Shown here: positions 1-10,212 of the stretch, one piece after another
Layout of the letters: every line of letters begins with the position of its first letter
Position numbering within the stretch: the stretch's first letter is position 1
Source of the DNA: an uncultured virus (IMG/VR IMGVR_UViG_3300043496_000149)
Taxonomy: Duplodnaviria > Heunggongvirae > Uroviricota > Caudoviricetes
IMG/VR virus record: IMGVR_UViG_3300043496_000149
Length of the DNA: 64,000 nt
Reading direction: 5' to 3' (one strand)
Made by a program: the position numbers and the translations under genes
Notes under the pieces: model-generated
Told to the model about the DNA's origin: nothing
Databases searched by the model: none
What the model saw: only the letters and a program-made list of their open reading frames with translations

Positions 1-16
1 GTGATACAACGCTTCT

Positions 17-202
17 ATGCGAATCCTGATCACAAACATTTATTCAATATCAGTCCTAAAAGAAGTAAGAAGAGTGGTCAAAGTCAGGGTGCATAGGTTA
101 GTGGAGGGAACAATTGTTACCATATCAGATACCTACCCTTTGAGCACCGAAATCTCTGAGACTGATGATGAAATTATAGTTAAAATAATTAAGAAGAGAT
201 AA
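17..202 (+). CDS. Small hypothetical protein (possibly 5'-truncated by the window edge)
   Basis: 61-aa ORF with no recognisable motif. Confidence 0.35.
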   Translation: MRILITNIYSISVLKEVRRVVKVRVHRLVEGTIVTISDTYPLSTEISETDDEIIVKIIKKR

Positions 203-242
203 GGTTTTTATTCCTTATCCTTCTTAGCCATAGTGTTGACTT

Positions 243-848
243 ATGACAGTGGACAATACTAGATTAAATAATAAAAACCTTTGTTTAAATTGCAAGGGGA
301 AGAACTGGTTAATCCAATGTGAGTGCGGTACTTGTGAAGAAATAGTCACTAGATATCATAATAATGGAACTTATAGAAGATATGCCTATAATCACCACTT
401 CAGACTGGCGAAGAATAAGAGGAATCAATTAGGAGAAAACAACTCAAAATGGAGTGGTGGTGAATATTTCCACAGGAAAGAAGGTTATTGGTATATCAAG
501 AGTCATGGACACCCGAATGCTATGAAAGATGGGTATGTAAGAAAACATGTTTATAATTTCACGGTGCGGGAAGGACAACTATTCTGCTGCATGCTCAAAT
601 GGGGTATAGTTCATCATAAAAATGGAGTAAAAGATGATAATGATATTGATAATTTGGAAGGAATGATGAGATCAAAACATCATTCACATCATCATAAAGG
701 GAAATTGGGAAGGAAGAAGAACTTTGGTGGACGAATATGTTTACTATGTAATAGTAATAAAACTACGATTGATAAAAAACAAAATTGTGAAATGTGGTAT
801 AAATACCACGAGGGGTTTATCTGTCAGCGGTGTTACCAAAAAAAGTAG
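243..848 (+). CDS. HNH endonuclease (HNH_3-like) with N- and C-terminal Zn fingers
   Basis: HPNAMKDGYVRKH...VHHKNGVKDDNDIDNL; CECGTC; C-terminal CLLC...WY...CQRC. Confidence 0.85.
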   Translation: MTVDNTRLNNKNLCLNCKGKNWLIQCECGTCEEIVTRYHNNGTYRRYAYNHHFRLAKNKRNQLGENNSKWSGGEYFHRKEGYWYIKSHGHPNAMKDGYVRKHVYNFTVREGQLFCCMLKWGIVHHKNGVKDDNDIDNLEGMMRSKHHSHHHKGKLGRKKNFGGRICLLCNSNKTTIDKKQNCEMWYKYHEGFICQRCYQKK

Positions 849-854
849 TTAAGT

Positions 855-2042
855 CTACGCAATAACCCCAGTACCTGCTTTTAATAACGAACTTCTCTGG
901 AGACTTGTGTTAAAGTAACTTCGGAACGTGGTACCACGATATCCTATTTCGACGTTCTCAAACGGTGCAGCTCTGACCCCTCCGAAAATATGAAACACTG
1001 CATCTCTCTGCCATGTATAGATCCTGTTTGTAGTGAATAGGTTGTCTACAACGAATTGTACTCCTGGGAACAGACCGTTTGCTTCTCTGAATGAGGTGTT
1101 ATAGTCGACTGGTCGCATGGTGAATGGTTGTAATCCTGCTGGTGTCGTTGCGCTGATGTTTCTATAGAATGCGTCCCATACGTCAGGGTGCATACCAAAG
1201 TATTGTGCTTGACCATATCCTTCTGCGTATAACAAGTTCAAGAGTTCTTTAACGTCATCATATGCGTTGTTTAAGTATCGTGTCTCACCGGTGTTTAATG
1301 TTAACCAGTTTGCTTGGGTGCCTACGTTACCAACTGCATTGAACTTTGCTGCTACATCCTTGTTCCTTCTAAGGTCTAATTTCCCTGTAATCTGTTGTAA
1401 TACAAGGTCCTCTAGATTTGGTAAGTCAAAGTTGACTAGGGCCAACTCATTAGAGAATGCATATCTCCATGCATATTTGAACGGCTCTAATGTAGTCTTG
1501 GTAATTCCAGGTGCATTAACCTCATAAGGTAAGTTGTGAGTTCCTGCACGTTGGATTGGATCTACGTCTAGACTGTTTAGGTCGTAAATTGCTACACCGT
1601 TTAAATCATCTATTGGGATTACCCTAATGGTAGAAAGTAATTCGTGTATTTCTTCTATCTTGGTGAATACTGCAACGACTCTTTGAGTTGATTTTAATGT
1701 TGCGAAATCAGTTGGTTCAATAAGACCTGCGAAATTTACCTTACGGCTTTCTTTCTTTGCTTTTATCTCTTCTTCTAATTTGATTTGTTGTAACGGTGCG
1801 AACTCGCTTCCCCAGCCGGCCATAACACGCTCAAAAGCTGGCATGTCCTTGTTGTTAATCTTTGATTTATACTCTGCTAGATTGAATACTAGTGGTCCGC
1901 CTTCAATAGGTGACTTAACGCCTGGTAATTGTTCCTCTCCAATGGTGATACGTTGTGATTCTGGTCTTACCCATATGGCAGGACCGGTCTCTCTGTATGA
2001 CCTATGAGTGGAAACATTTGGGACTAAATTTTGTTCAAACAT
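855..2042 (-). CDS. Major capsid protein (HK97-fold, putative)
   Basis: 395 aa; lies downstream of protease/scaffold and decoration genes; GMHPDVW and GLFPGVQFVVDNL resemble MCP A-domain segments. Confidence 0.75.
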   Translation of the reverse strand: MFEQNLVPNVSTHRSYRETGPAIWVRPESQRITIGEEQLPGVKSPIEGGPLVFNLAEYKSKINNKDMPAFERVMAGWGSEFAPLQQIKLEEEIKAKKESRKVNFAGLIEPTDFATLKSTQRVVAVFTKIEEIHELLSTIRVIPIDDLNGVAIYDLNSLDVDPIQRAGTHNLPYEVNAPGITKTTLEPFKYAWRYAFSNELALVNFDLPNLEDLVLQQITGKLDLRRNKDVAAKFNAVGNVGTQANWLTLNTGETRYLNNAYDDVKELLNLLYAEGYGQAQYFGMHPDVWDAFYRNISATTPAGLQPFTMRPVDYNTSFREANGLFPGVQFVVDNLFTTNRIYTWQRDAVFHIFGGVRAAPFENVEIGYRGTTFRSYFNTSLQRSSLLKAGTGVIA

Positions 2043-2102
2043 TTGTGCTTATACCTCTTTGTTCTCCTAAATTGTATTTAACTATGCCTTAGCCTATACT
2101 AT

Positions 2103-2600
2103 CTAAGCTACGTCCACTAATGCACGTGGTCCTAGTTTACGCATAATAATGTTACTTGCTGCTCCTGGATTGGTTAGTGTTGCTGTTACATCATAATGTT
2201 CTTGTGATTCTAGTTTAACACATATACCAACTATCTTATTACCATCAGTATCTGTTGCTGGATCGTATTTATCAACTGTTCCTGGAACGGTTGCTGAATA
2301 TTTAAGATAATCACCAACATTACATCCACTTGTAGTTTTAACTACTACTTCCCATTCTCGTTCTAATACTTCTCTTACACCATCAATATTGGTATTACTA
2401 GCATCATTTCCAACATTTGTTTGTGTGTTTACAACAACTACATTCTTTGCATTGGAAGCATTATTTGCTGGTTTTTCATAATTTTTATTGGTGAAATTCC
2501 ATACTAAAATATCGCCTGCAACTTGGTTTTCACCAGTTTTCGTCTTTACTACTTCGGTTCTAAAACCTTCAGTAGGTCTTATAATTGTGCCTAATGCCAT
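2103..2600 (-). CDS. Putative capsid decoration/cement protein
   Basis: 165 aa between protease and MCP; AGDILV, VGDYL and KIVGIC pattern typical of beta-clip head decoration proteins. Confidence 0.6.
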   Translation of the reverse strand: MALGTIIRPTEGFRTEVVKTKTGENQVAGDILVWNFTNKNYEKPANNASNAKNVVVVNTQTNVGNDASNTNIDGVREVLEREWEVVVKTTSGCNVGDYLKYSATVPGTVDKYDPATDTDGNKIVGICVKLESQEHYDVTATLTNPGAASNIIMRKLGPRALVDVA

Positions 2601-2679
2601 TCTATAAAGACTGTTGATGGGAAAAAATATAAAAGTATTATGTAGGGTCGGTGCCTACAGAATGGAAAAGATACTAAAA

Positions 2680-4092
2680 TTAGGAAGGAAGGAATTGCAG
2701 ATAATCTTCGTCTGCTATACCAGATTCAGAACCGGATCCTGATTGTGGTTTTGGAACGATCTTTCTCTCAGGTCTGGTGATAAAGTCTGAATTATACATG
2801 GTGTTACCCATTCCTGTCCATCCTGCTACTCCTACTGATTTTGATTTGGTTTCTTTCTTTGTCTCGGTGCTTACAACTGCTTCTGGTGCTGATGCTGGTA
2901 TAGGTATTGATTTGGATATTTTGGTTATTAACCAGTCTGCATCTACCAATGTCATACCATACTTATTGATCAAATCTTTAGTAGAACCTGTTAATTCTGA
3001 AAATTCTTTCTCATTTTGGAAGTTTTCTTTTGGAATTGCTGCTGAAATCATCTTATCTAGGAAAAAGTTCTTCATTTCAAGTTTTTCATTTCTCTCACTT
3101 TCTAATACCTTTTTGGTTTCTTTTAATTCACGTTCTGCTTCTGTTAATTGAGGTTTGTTTTTTTCTTCTTCTTTCTCTTTTTCTGCTTCTACCTTCTTGT
3201 TTTCATTCTCTTTGAATACCTTTTGTGCTTCTTCTCGTGCTGCTTGTATTGCTTCTGCTGTAGTGTTTTTTGCACCATCCAATAATTTACCAGTTTCAAT
3301 AGCTGCTGTTGGATTAGGGGTCTGTGTATCTATTCCAACGGTAACTTGAGGTTGATTATTACTCATTTCTATGTTCTTATTACAAGAGCAAGTATTATTA
3401 ACATTTTCTGAGGGTTCGTCTACGGTGCCTACAAGAGGAGATGTTTCGGTAGGAGGATAACTAAATGAATCAAAACCTGCAACTGCCAGCACCTTCCTAC
3501 ATGACTCACTGTTTCCATTACTACATACTCCTTTGACTGCTGCTTCCTGTTCTGGGAATGCAGGAATATCAACACTGGCTAGGTGGAATGCTCTTATTGT
3601 GTTCATGTCATATACTTCTGTCCCATTTTCTGAGATAGTAGCATCACCGATCACACCAGGACTGGTAAAGTTCTTTGATGGTCTACCGTTTTTCTCTATG
3701 AATTCGTTTTCTTTTTTATCCATTATCTTTAATTGACCGTATAGAAGCGATGAATTTGGATCATCTAGGAACACATGATCGATATAATCTAGACCTATTT
3801 TTTTAGATTCTGCCTTTAATGTATTTAATATTTCGTCATCTGATTTGCCTTGTCGTTCTAATTTATCCTTTAATTGGATGAAATATGGATAACTATGTTC
3901 ATTTATATGGGGTAATCCTATGAAAGAATCAATAACTTCTTTGGATAAATCACCTATTCTTTTGTACGGTGCGATCCAATTGTTCCTAGTTTTCTTGTTT
4001 GATAGTAATAAAACTTTTAAGTAGTGATGTCCGTCTTTATCTGTTTTGTTTGAAATAACTTCGGATTCTTGGAACGGTGCGGGAAGAAGCAT
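2680..4092 (-). CDS. Prohead protease fused to coiled-coil scaffold
   Basis: FTSPG...FHLASVDIPAFPE resembles the assemblin-fold phage protease motifs; charged coiled-coil C-terminal half; position upstream of MCP. Confidence 0.75.
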   Translation of the reverse strand: MLLPAPFQESEVISNKTDKDGHHYLKVLLLSNKKTRNNWIAPYKRIGDLSKEVIDSFIGLPHINEHSYPYFIQLKDKLERQGKSDDEILNTLKAESKKIGLDYIDHVFLDDPNSSLLYGQLKIMDKKENEFIEKNGRPSKNFTSPGVIGDATISENGTEVYDMNTIRAFHLASVDIPAFPEQEAAVKGVCSNGNSESCRKVLAVAGFDSFSYPPTETSPLVGTVDEPSENVNNTCSCNKNIEMSNNQPQVTVGIDTQTPNPTAAIETGKLLDGAKNTTAEAIQAAREEAQKVFKENENKKVEAEKEKEEEKNKPQLTEAERELKETKKVLESERNEKLEMKNFFLDKMISAAIPKENFQNEKEFSELTGSTKDLINKYGMTLVDADWLITKISKSIPIPASAPEAVVSTETKKETKSKSVGVAGWTGMGNTMYNSDFITRPERKIVPKPQSGSGSESGIADEDYLQFLPS

Positions 4093-4156
4093 TATGAATA
4101 ATAATACGGATGGTTACTATAACTTTTTTTTGGTAGGGTATAAAAATGGAATGGAA

Positions 4157-5005
4157 TTATTCTGTAGTTTGTTGGATTTTTGGAAGGAATATCTGCTCTT
4201 TCTTAGGAGGATTTGAGGCTATAAAATGTATTTTTGTAGTAACTGACATGTCAAAAGCCATAAGAATTGAGCCCTGCATTTCATGATTCTCTTCTATTCC
4301 TTTAATATGAAGCATTTCTACATCTAAATCTGCATAGGTGGCTATACCTTTGTTAATACATGATTGAAAGAACACTGTATCTACACCCATTAAACTCATA
4401 CCAAATTCAATTTGTTCTATTATACTACGTTTTGCTATTGTAAATGGAAAGTTTGATAGAGCAACACGAATGATTCTATTGGGTTTATTTTCCATTTCTT
4501 TTTTTATTTTATTATAATCATCTCTAGTCATTATCTGTTTGAAATAATCAAATCTTGCTGTCTTTGCCAACTGATCCACTGCACCGTAGTTTAGATAATC
4601 AATACATGTCATATGGTTGAAAAAGTTTTTACTATCCATTGAAAAATTACATATACCGGATAGAACATCATAATCATATTTCTCTAAATCCTCTACTAAT
4701 TTGTCCACATGTTTTAAATCTACCAATAAATCATCCGGTAGTATTGCCATATGGGTATATTCAGGATGTGAGAGGAAATAATCCCTACAATTATTATAGG
4801 CTTCTACCTCATTGAAATTATATTTTTCTAATAAGATATCATATTTGGTATTGAGGATCTTTAATTTTGCTTCAAATAATTTTATTTTCCTAGGTGATGG
4901 ACTTGCTATCAGTAGATTTACCTGTTTTGATTGTTCCTTGTTGGGTGCTGACTGCTGAATTGTTACTGACTTCTGTGGTTCCTGGTTGTGAGGCTGACTC
5001 ATCAT
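4157..5005 (-). CDS. GT-A fold (family 2-like) glycosyltransferase
   Basis: ILPDDLLV (DxD-like), DVLSG, FTIAKRSIIEQI, GVDTVFFQSCINKGIATYADLDVEMLH. Confidence 0.7.
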   Translation of the reverse strand: MMSQPHNQEPQKSVTIQQSAPNKEQSKQVNLLIASPSPRKIKLFEAKLKILNTKYDILLEKYNFNEVEAYNNCRDYFLSHPEYTHMAILPDDLLVDLKHVDKLVEDLEKYDYDVLSGICNFSMDSKNFFNHMTCIDYLNYGAVDQLAKTARFDYFKQIMTRDDYNKIKKEMENKPNRIIRVALSNFPFTIAKRSIIEQIEFGMSLMGVDTVFFQSCINKGIATYADLDVEMLHIKGIEENHEMQGSILMAFDMSVTTKIHFIASNPPKKEQIFLPKIQQTTE

Positions 5006-5168
5006 TAATGATTTGTTTAAACAAGGTATTTATATAAACCATCTGTTGCTCCTGCATTGCTACTAATTTGTTCAGATTATTTTGGGAATCTAATATCAAT
5101 TTTATCATTATTTGTTGTGGATGAATTTTTACTTCATTCTGGTTCTGGTTATTCGGTGGTGCTGACAC
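4890..5168 (-). CDS. Hypothetical coiled-coil protein
   Basis: 92-aa ORF in a co-directional operon; overlaps the 5' end of the GT gene. Confidence 0.5.
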   Translation of the reverse strand: MSAPPNNQNQNEVKIHPQQIMIKLILDSQNNLNKLVAMQEQQMVYINTLFKQIINDESASQPGTTEVSNNSAVSTQQGTIKTGKSTDSKSIT

Positions 5169-5559
5169 GATTCTTAAATAATTTTTCTATAATATATTGT
5201 TTATGTTCTTCTGGTTTATAGTAGATACAATGACTTATGAATTCGGCATAATGAATGTTTTTGAAGAAATGAGTCATTGGTTTCTTATCAGAACCACAGT
5301 TTACTTCTACCTGTGGATGTAGTACACACCGATAAAACAGATCATCTTCCTTAGTATGGAGTGGATATACTACCCATTTATACACATCTATCTTACTTTC
5401 CCATAATTGACTTTCATGTTCTTCATAGAATTTGCCCCAATCTTTAGTTTGTGAGAATAAATATTCTACATCTTCCATGGTAAAGTTATGATTGATTGTC
5501 GGTGATGGTGGTGTGGCGGCGGGAAGGGATCTATTTTTTGGTTTTAGATATATTACCAT
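5149..5559 (-). CDS. Hypothetical protein (C/H-rich, possibly Zn-binding)
   Basis: 136 aa; overlaps neighbours; RCVLHP...HCIYYKPEEH. Confidence 0.6.
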   Translation of the reverse strand: MVIYLKPKNRSLPAATPPSPTINHNFTMEDVEYLFSQTKDWGKFYEEHESQLWESKIDVYKWVVYPLHTKEDDLFYRCVLHPQVEVNCGSDKKPMTHFFKNIHYAEFISHCIYYKPEEHKQYIIEKLFKNRVSTTE

Positions 5560-5749
5560 ATACTTTTTTCATCTGCCAATAAACAGAATGATAACATAGA
5601 TTACACCAGAATCCTGCTTCTCCTTTAACCATTGTTCTATACCATCTATATCTTTTAGTTGTTTTTTCATAATATGTTTCGGTGCTGCCACATAATTGAC
5701 ATTTATAGTCACGATATTTTAATAGGTCTTTAAAGTCTTGATAGGTCAT
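5531..5749 (-). CDS. Stand-alone Zn-finger protein homologous to the C-terminal domain of the HNH proteins
   Basis: CQLCGSTETY...RWY...GFWCNLCY. Confidence 0.7.
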   Translation of the reverse strand: MTYQDFKDLLKYRDYKCQLCGSTETYYEKTTKRYRWYRTMVKGEAGFWCNLCYHSVYWQMKKVYGNISKTKK

Positions 5750-6098
5750 TATCTTTCTTCTCCGATTTATCTCTCATGAACTTTAAAGCTGTTACATATG
5801 GTTTGTATATCGGTTTTGTCATAAATGTATTATATTCTAGGCTTGAATTATGAAAAAATGTCTTATCAAGATAATGATCTACAGCGTCTTTTATATCCAT
5901 TAACCAGTGTTTAGTATCTCCTTCCTGCACCGTAAATCCAAAGAACTGATTATCAAGATACCCTAAATAAGTATTACTAAAAGGTCTGAGAAACAGGATT
6001 CTCTTATATCCTCTATAATCTTTTAATTCTAATATGGATTTAATCATATTGATTTTTGAATAGCTTTGTTTTCCGCTATCTCGTTGTTGGCCGTTCAT
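5730..6098 (-). CDS. Hypothetical protein
   Basis: 122-aa ORF in operon. Confidence 0.55.
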   Translation of the reverse strand: MNGQQRDSGKQSYSKINMIKSILELKDYRGYKRILFLRPFSNTYLGYLDNQFFGFTVQEGDTKHWLMDIKDAVDHYLDKTFFHNSSLEYNTFMTKPIYKPYVTALKFMRDKSEKKDNDLSRL

Positions 6099-6150
6099 TT
6101 ATAATCATCACCATCTCTACAAATCCACTACCTATATTTATTTCATGATA

Positions 6151-9100
6151 TTATGGCTCTGTTAAACTAACAGGCCTAAATGAGAACGGCATTAAAATTT
6201 GCCCATTACCTATCGCAGATATACTATACCTATTATTATAAATATTATCAGCATTATCCAGTGTTATATCCTTAGTATAGATTCTGAATTCCATCATAAA
6301 TGTCTCAAAGAATCCTGATTTTGCATTATTACCTGCACAATATAATAAATCTTTGATGTTTGTCGGTGTTGGATCGGGTATAGAGTTTGGATCTGGTGTA
6401 AAGAAGAATCCACCTTCATCCATTACAGCACAGAGATCTTTGGTAGATTCTGAATCATCATAATCTAGCTCATCAAATTTCCTAATATATGAATTTGATA
6501 AATCGTAATTGGGTGTTATTTCTCTTACTAGAACACCTAATTGATCTGTAGTATTACCACCATTGAATTCTATTCCTATCTTATCACCAACATTTAATGG
6601 ATAATTATTTGTTGTATCTGTAAATGTTATCTCTGATGGGGTGCCTATGGTTGTGCTAACAGAAGATACAGAAACGGTGCCTATGGTTTTTACCAAAGAA
6701 TCATCTGATCCACGTCTTATATTACAATATGCGGTGCCTGAGGTTCCTACTGTAGTTCTATATAGATATGCTTTAACCCTTGTAATCTTCTTTGCTTTCA
6801 GTCTGGAATTCTGATGTTCTATAGATTGCATCACTCTTGTTCTTGAATTAAGGTCTGGTTCACCACCTTCATACATCTTACCGGCTACATCTAACTGTGC
6901 TTTGTCTATATAATTACTACTTTCATAGGTCTGTGCAATAGTGTTGACTGTATCTAAAACATCCTTATTTACGTTTAATTCAACATAATTACTACCATCC
7001 GAACTACTATGTTCTATAGATACCTTATCCGCAGAACCTGTACCAGAATTCATAAGATATGTATGGATTACATTGATGAATTCTATATCCGCATATGATG
7101 TAGTTAATATTGAAGTATCTACAGATGAGAAAGTTACCTTGATATTATCTGATGAATCTCTGATATAACAATTAATTATACCACTTGGAGAACCGGCTTT
7201 CTTTGCTCTTACTATTACCTTACTTATTTTTCTATTATGTATTGATGAAGATGAATTTACTGCTTTTACTGTTATTCTTGGTCGTGTGGTGCCGAAACGA
7301 AGGTATGCATCGAAATTGTTACCACCAGTATATATCTTACCTGCAAGATCAACTGCGGGATCAGCAGCCCAAGATGATATATATTTTAGAACATATGATG
7401 AAGTTGTCTGCCAACTATTACCGCTAGTATTACCAAGATTAGTCATTACATGAACTTCACCGGATGCGGAAGGTGTCCAAATTATACCTACCCTATCACC
7501 ACTGGCTACAGGTATGTTATGTGTATAATTAGTAAATGTGTAATCTGCTGTACTGGTTGTTAATGTTGAAACATCCAATGGACTACCAAAAGTAGCTTTT
7601 ACTACTGGTGGTGATGCATTATTTACCAATGCGACTGTTGCGTTGCCTGTAGGTGAACCAACTTTCTTTAGACGTAAGACAACCTTACCAATTAATTTTG
7701 TCATTAATGGATCAGAAACACCGAATCCTTCAACCACTCTGTTATAACTACCAGATTTCATTATGACATTTGGTTCTGTTACTGGTGTACCAGTACCGCC
7801 GGTGTATAGATCACATTTCATGGTAAAACCATCATGGCCATCTGGATCCCAGCCTCCATCATATGTTGTCTGGATTGCTGTAAGATCAGTTGGTGCTGAT
7901 TTTCTTTGTATGTCTATTACATCGCCACCTGCATAGCCCTGATATTCAATACCTATACGGTATCCATCAGCCATAACCACTGTATTAGCAGTATTTGTAA
8001 ATGTATATGGAGTCCAATCACCACTACTATTTCCTGGATTAACGGCACTTGCTGCCATAGAACCAAGTGTAGCAACAGATGTAAGTGATGTACCGGCATT
8101 CCATATCCTACAATATAATGTTCCTGTAACTGTTCCAGAAGGATTTCTCATCCATATGATAGCTTTAGTAATTATCTTACCATTTATGGTATCTCCAATA
8201 CCTGTTCCTGCACCTACATCTAACCATAACGCATAAACATCATTCTGGGCATCTCCTGCCTTACCTGAAGAATTATCAGAAGAATCTATGGTAGCGGGTG
8301 CTGCACCGATTCTAGTAAATGGGAGAACACCTCCACCCCCTGCTGAACCATCAGCTATAGAATATGGGAGTAACTCTGTCTCTGTTGCACTTGTTCCATC
8401 TGCAACACTGTACCTTTGAATGAAAGGATTATCACCGGAAAGAGAATTGATTTTCCTATAATCACCTGCTACCGGTGTTGTTTGTTTATCAAGAGTATAT
8501 GCATTGGTAAATGGTACAAATACTGGATCTGGGTCCTCTTCTGGCACTGGTTGTATGTTTTCTGATTTAGGGAAAAGAGGATTATGATATCCTTCGTAAT
8601 ACCAATCATCTTGTGTTGCCTGTAACACTTGTTTATTATCCATCTTAAATAACGACATTATTCCTATCGGTGCTCTGGTGGCATTGTATAATTTGATAGC
8701 ATTTGCTGCGGTGCTTAAAGTGGCTGTAACGTTAGAAGCACCTTGAGACAATACATTATCAACATATAGTTTTAATTTCTCACCTGATTTCCATTTTGCT
8801 GTTATCATATACCATTTATTGACGGTGGGGAAAGGATTGGAAAATGTAACTGACTTTTCAACATTATCTGCTGCTCTAAAAGAGAATTTTAAATCATTAA
8901 CACCTGTTGTTCTTTCTATATATATCGAACTGGCTACAGCATATCCTTTTGAGAATAGTCGGGTATTATAGGATTTATTATTAACTAATTCTGTTAATGG
9001 ATTAAACCAGAAAGACACTGTAAATTCTGTAAGGGTGTTTAGGGATGCAATTGAACTAAAATCTATGGACATACCATCTGAAGTACCTGCAACATTAGAA

Positions 9101-10176
9101 CCTAGAGATGTTAATGTATTGTCATCATTCCACATTCCTCCTGTTGAATAACCGGATATTGTACCATTATTTGTATGACCTGAATTATCATAAACTGTAG
9201 TTTGTACGGTGCCGGAATGAGTCCATTTACCCTCCTGCATAGGACATGAAAGATAGGGACGTTCTGTTATCAATGAAATATCTGCGACTACCGCAGCAAT
9301 ATTGTTTAGAGTGGTATTGATGATAGACATACCATGGCCTGTAGGATTATATTTAAAGAACCAGTCATGAAATGGTAATTCTGCAGCCACCAAACCACAA
9401 AGATATTCAAATCCGGTTAAAAAGTTCTTTTTATTATAATTTTCAATCCTGAAATTAGAACCACTATCATAAAGAGGATCTGTAAGAATATAATTATAAG
9501 CGTCAGGTACTGATAAATAATATTGTACATAATTATTTCTAACATAGAAATGTAATGTACCATTGACATCTACAGTTACAGAATAACCATATCTAAGCTG
9601 ATCGTCATCTACTTTGGTAAATAATGCATTATTCTCTGCATATAATACTTTGGCAAGTGATACGGGTACTAATCTCATAAAAAATGATGTTATTTTATTG
9701 CCTGTTATATTGGGTAATATTCTAACAGCAGGACCATCAAGGGTATATGCATAATGAGATATACCATTAAAATATGAATATAACTCATATTTCATCATAG
9801 AATTTTCATTATATTTTGAGAATAAACCAGGCATTGTATTTGCACCGGTGCTATAAGACTTGTTTTTCTGATATGAATAATCCTTTAATTCACCCACATT
9901 TTGGAATTTAAGCCATAGTTTTAAATTTATTCCATCAGGTTCTTCGGGCATTAGATAAATAGTAGAAGGTTCTATATTGATAGCAGACTGGATTGATATA
10001 TCATTCATCAATTCCACATCCTTTGAATTGGTAATTAGAACTGGTGTTTTCTCATCTATTTCTGAGATCTCTGCATTGGTTAACTGGGAATTAATTGAGT
10101 CTTGTACAATTGATTTTAATAAAAACCCTATGTCCCGTTCAGACATCCCAGTAAACAGAGAAACAAAATCAACCAT
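6151..10176 (-). CDS. Large virion/adhesin protein with LamG domains and four tandem beta-sandwich repeats
   Basis: FTVSFWFNP...NKWYMITAKW...KLYVDN (LamG); four ~150-aa repeats ending D[LV]AG[KA]xYxGG; S/T/G-rich. Confidence 0.75.
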   Translation of the reverse strand: MVDFVSLFTGMSERDIGFLLKSIVQDSINSQLTNAEISEIDEKTPVLITNSKDVELMNDISIQSAINIEPSTIYLMPEEPDGINLKLWLKFQNVGELKDYSYQKNKSYSTGANTMPGLFSKYNENSMMKYELYSYFNGISHYAYTLDGPAVRILPNITGNKITSFFMRLVPVSLAKVLYAENNALFTKVDDDQLRYGYSVTVDVNGTLHFYVRNNYVQYYLSVPDAYNYILTDPLYDSGSNFRIENYNKKNFLTGFEYLCGLVAAELPFHDWFFKYNPTGHGMSIINTTLNNIAAVVADISLITERPYLSCPMQEGKWTHSGTVQTTVYDNSGHTNNGTISGYSTGGMWNDDNTLTSLGSNVAGTSDGMSIDFSSIASLNTLTEFTVSFWFNPLTELVNNKSYNTRLFSKGYAVASSIYIERTTGVNDLKFSFRAADNVEKSVTFSNPFPTVNKWYMITAKWKSGEKLKLYVDNVLSQGASNVTATLSTAANAIKLYNATRAPIGIMSLFKMDNKQVLQATQDDWYYEGYHNPLFPKSENIQPVPEEDPDPVFVPFTNAYTLDKQTTPVAGDYRKINSLSGDNPFIQRYSVADGTSATETELLPYSIADGSAGGGGVLPFTRIGAAPATIDSSDNSSGKAGDAQNDVYALWLDVGAGTGIGDTINGKIITKAIIWMRNPSGTVTGTLYCRIWNAGTSLTSVATLGSMAASAVNPGNSSGDWTPYTFTNTANTVVMADGYRIGIEYQGYAGGDVIDIQRKSAPTDLTAIQTTYDGGWDPDGHDGFTMKCDLYTGGTGTPVTEPNVIMKSGSYNRVVEGFGVSDPLMTKLIGKVVLRLKKVGSPTGNATVALVNNASPPVVKATFGSPLDVSTLTTSTADYTFTNYTHNIPVASGDRVGIIWTPSASGEVHVMTNLGNTSGNSWQTTSSYVLKYISSWAADPAVDLAGKIYTGGNNFDAYLRFGTTRPRITVKAVNSSSSIHNRKISKVIVRAKKAGSPSGIINCYIRDSSDNIKVTFSSVDTSILTTSYADIEFINVIHTYLMNSGTGSADKVSIEHSSSDGSNYVELNVNKDVLDTVNTIAQTYESSNYIDKAQLDVAGKMYEGGEPDLNSRTRVMQSIEHQNSRLKAKKITRVKAYLYRTTVGTSGTAYCNIRRGSDDSLVKTIGTVSVSSVSTTIGTPSEITFTDTTNNYPLNVGDKIGIEFNGGNTTDQLGVLVREITPNYDLSNSYIRKFDELDYDDSESTKDLCAVMDEGGFFFTPDPNSIPDPTPTNIKDLLYCAGNNAKSGFFETFMMEFRIYTKDITLDNADNIYNNRYSISAIGNGQILMPFSFRPVSLTEP

Positions 10177-10212
10177 AATGCTACTACAATATAATAGTAA
10201 AAGGGAACTTTA

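Noticed and set aside
1267..3736. Plus-strand ORFs antisense to MCP and protease (and similar antisense ORFs over MCM, portal, RNR, RadA and TerL)
   Set aside because: Shadow ORFs of well-supported genes on the opposite strand, with no motifs of their own.
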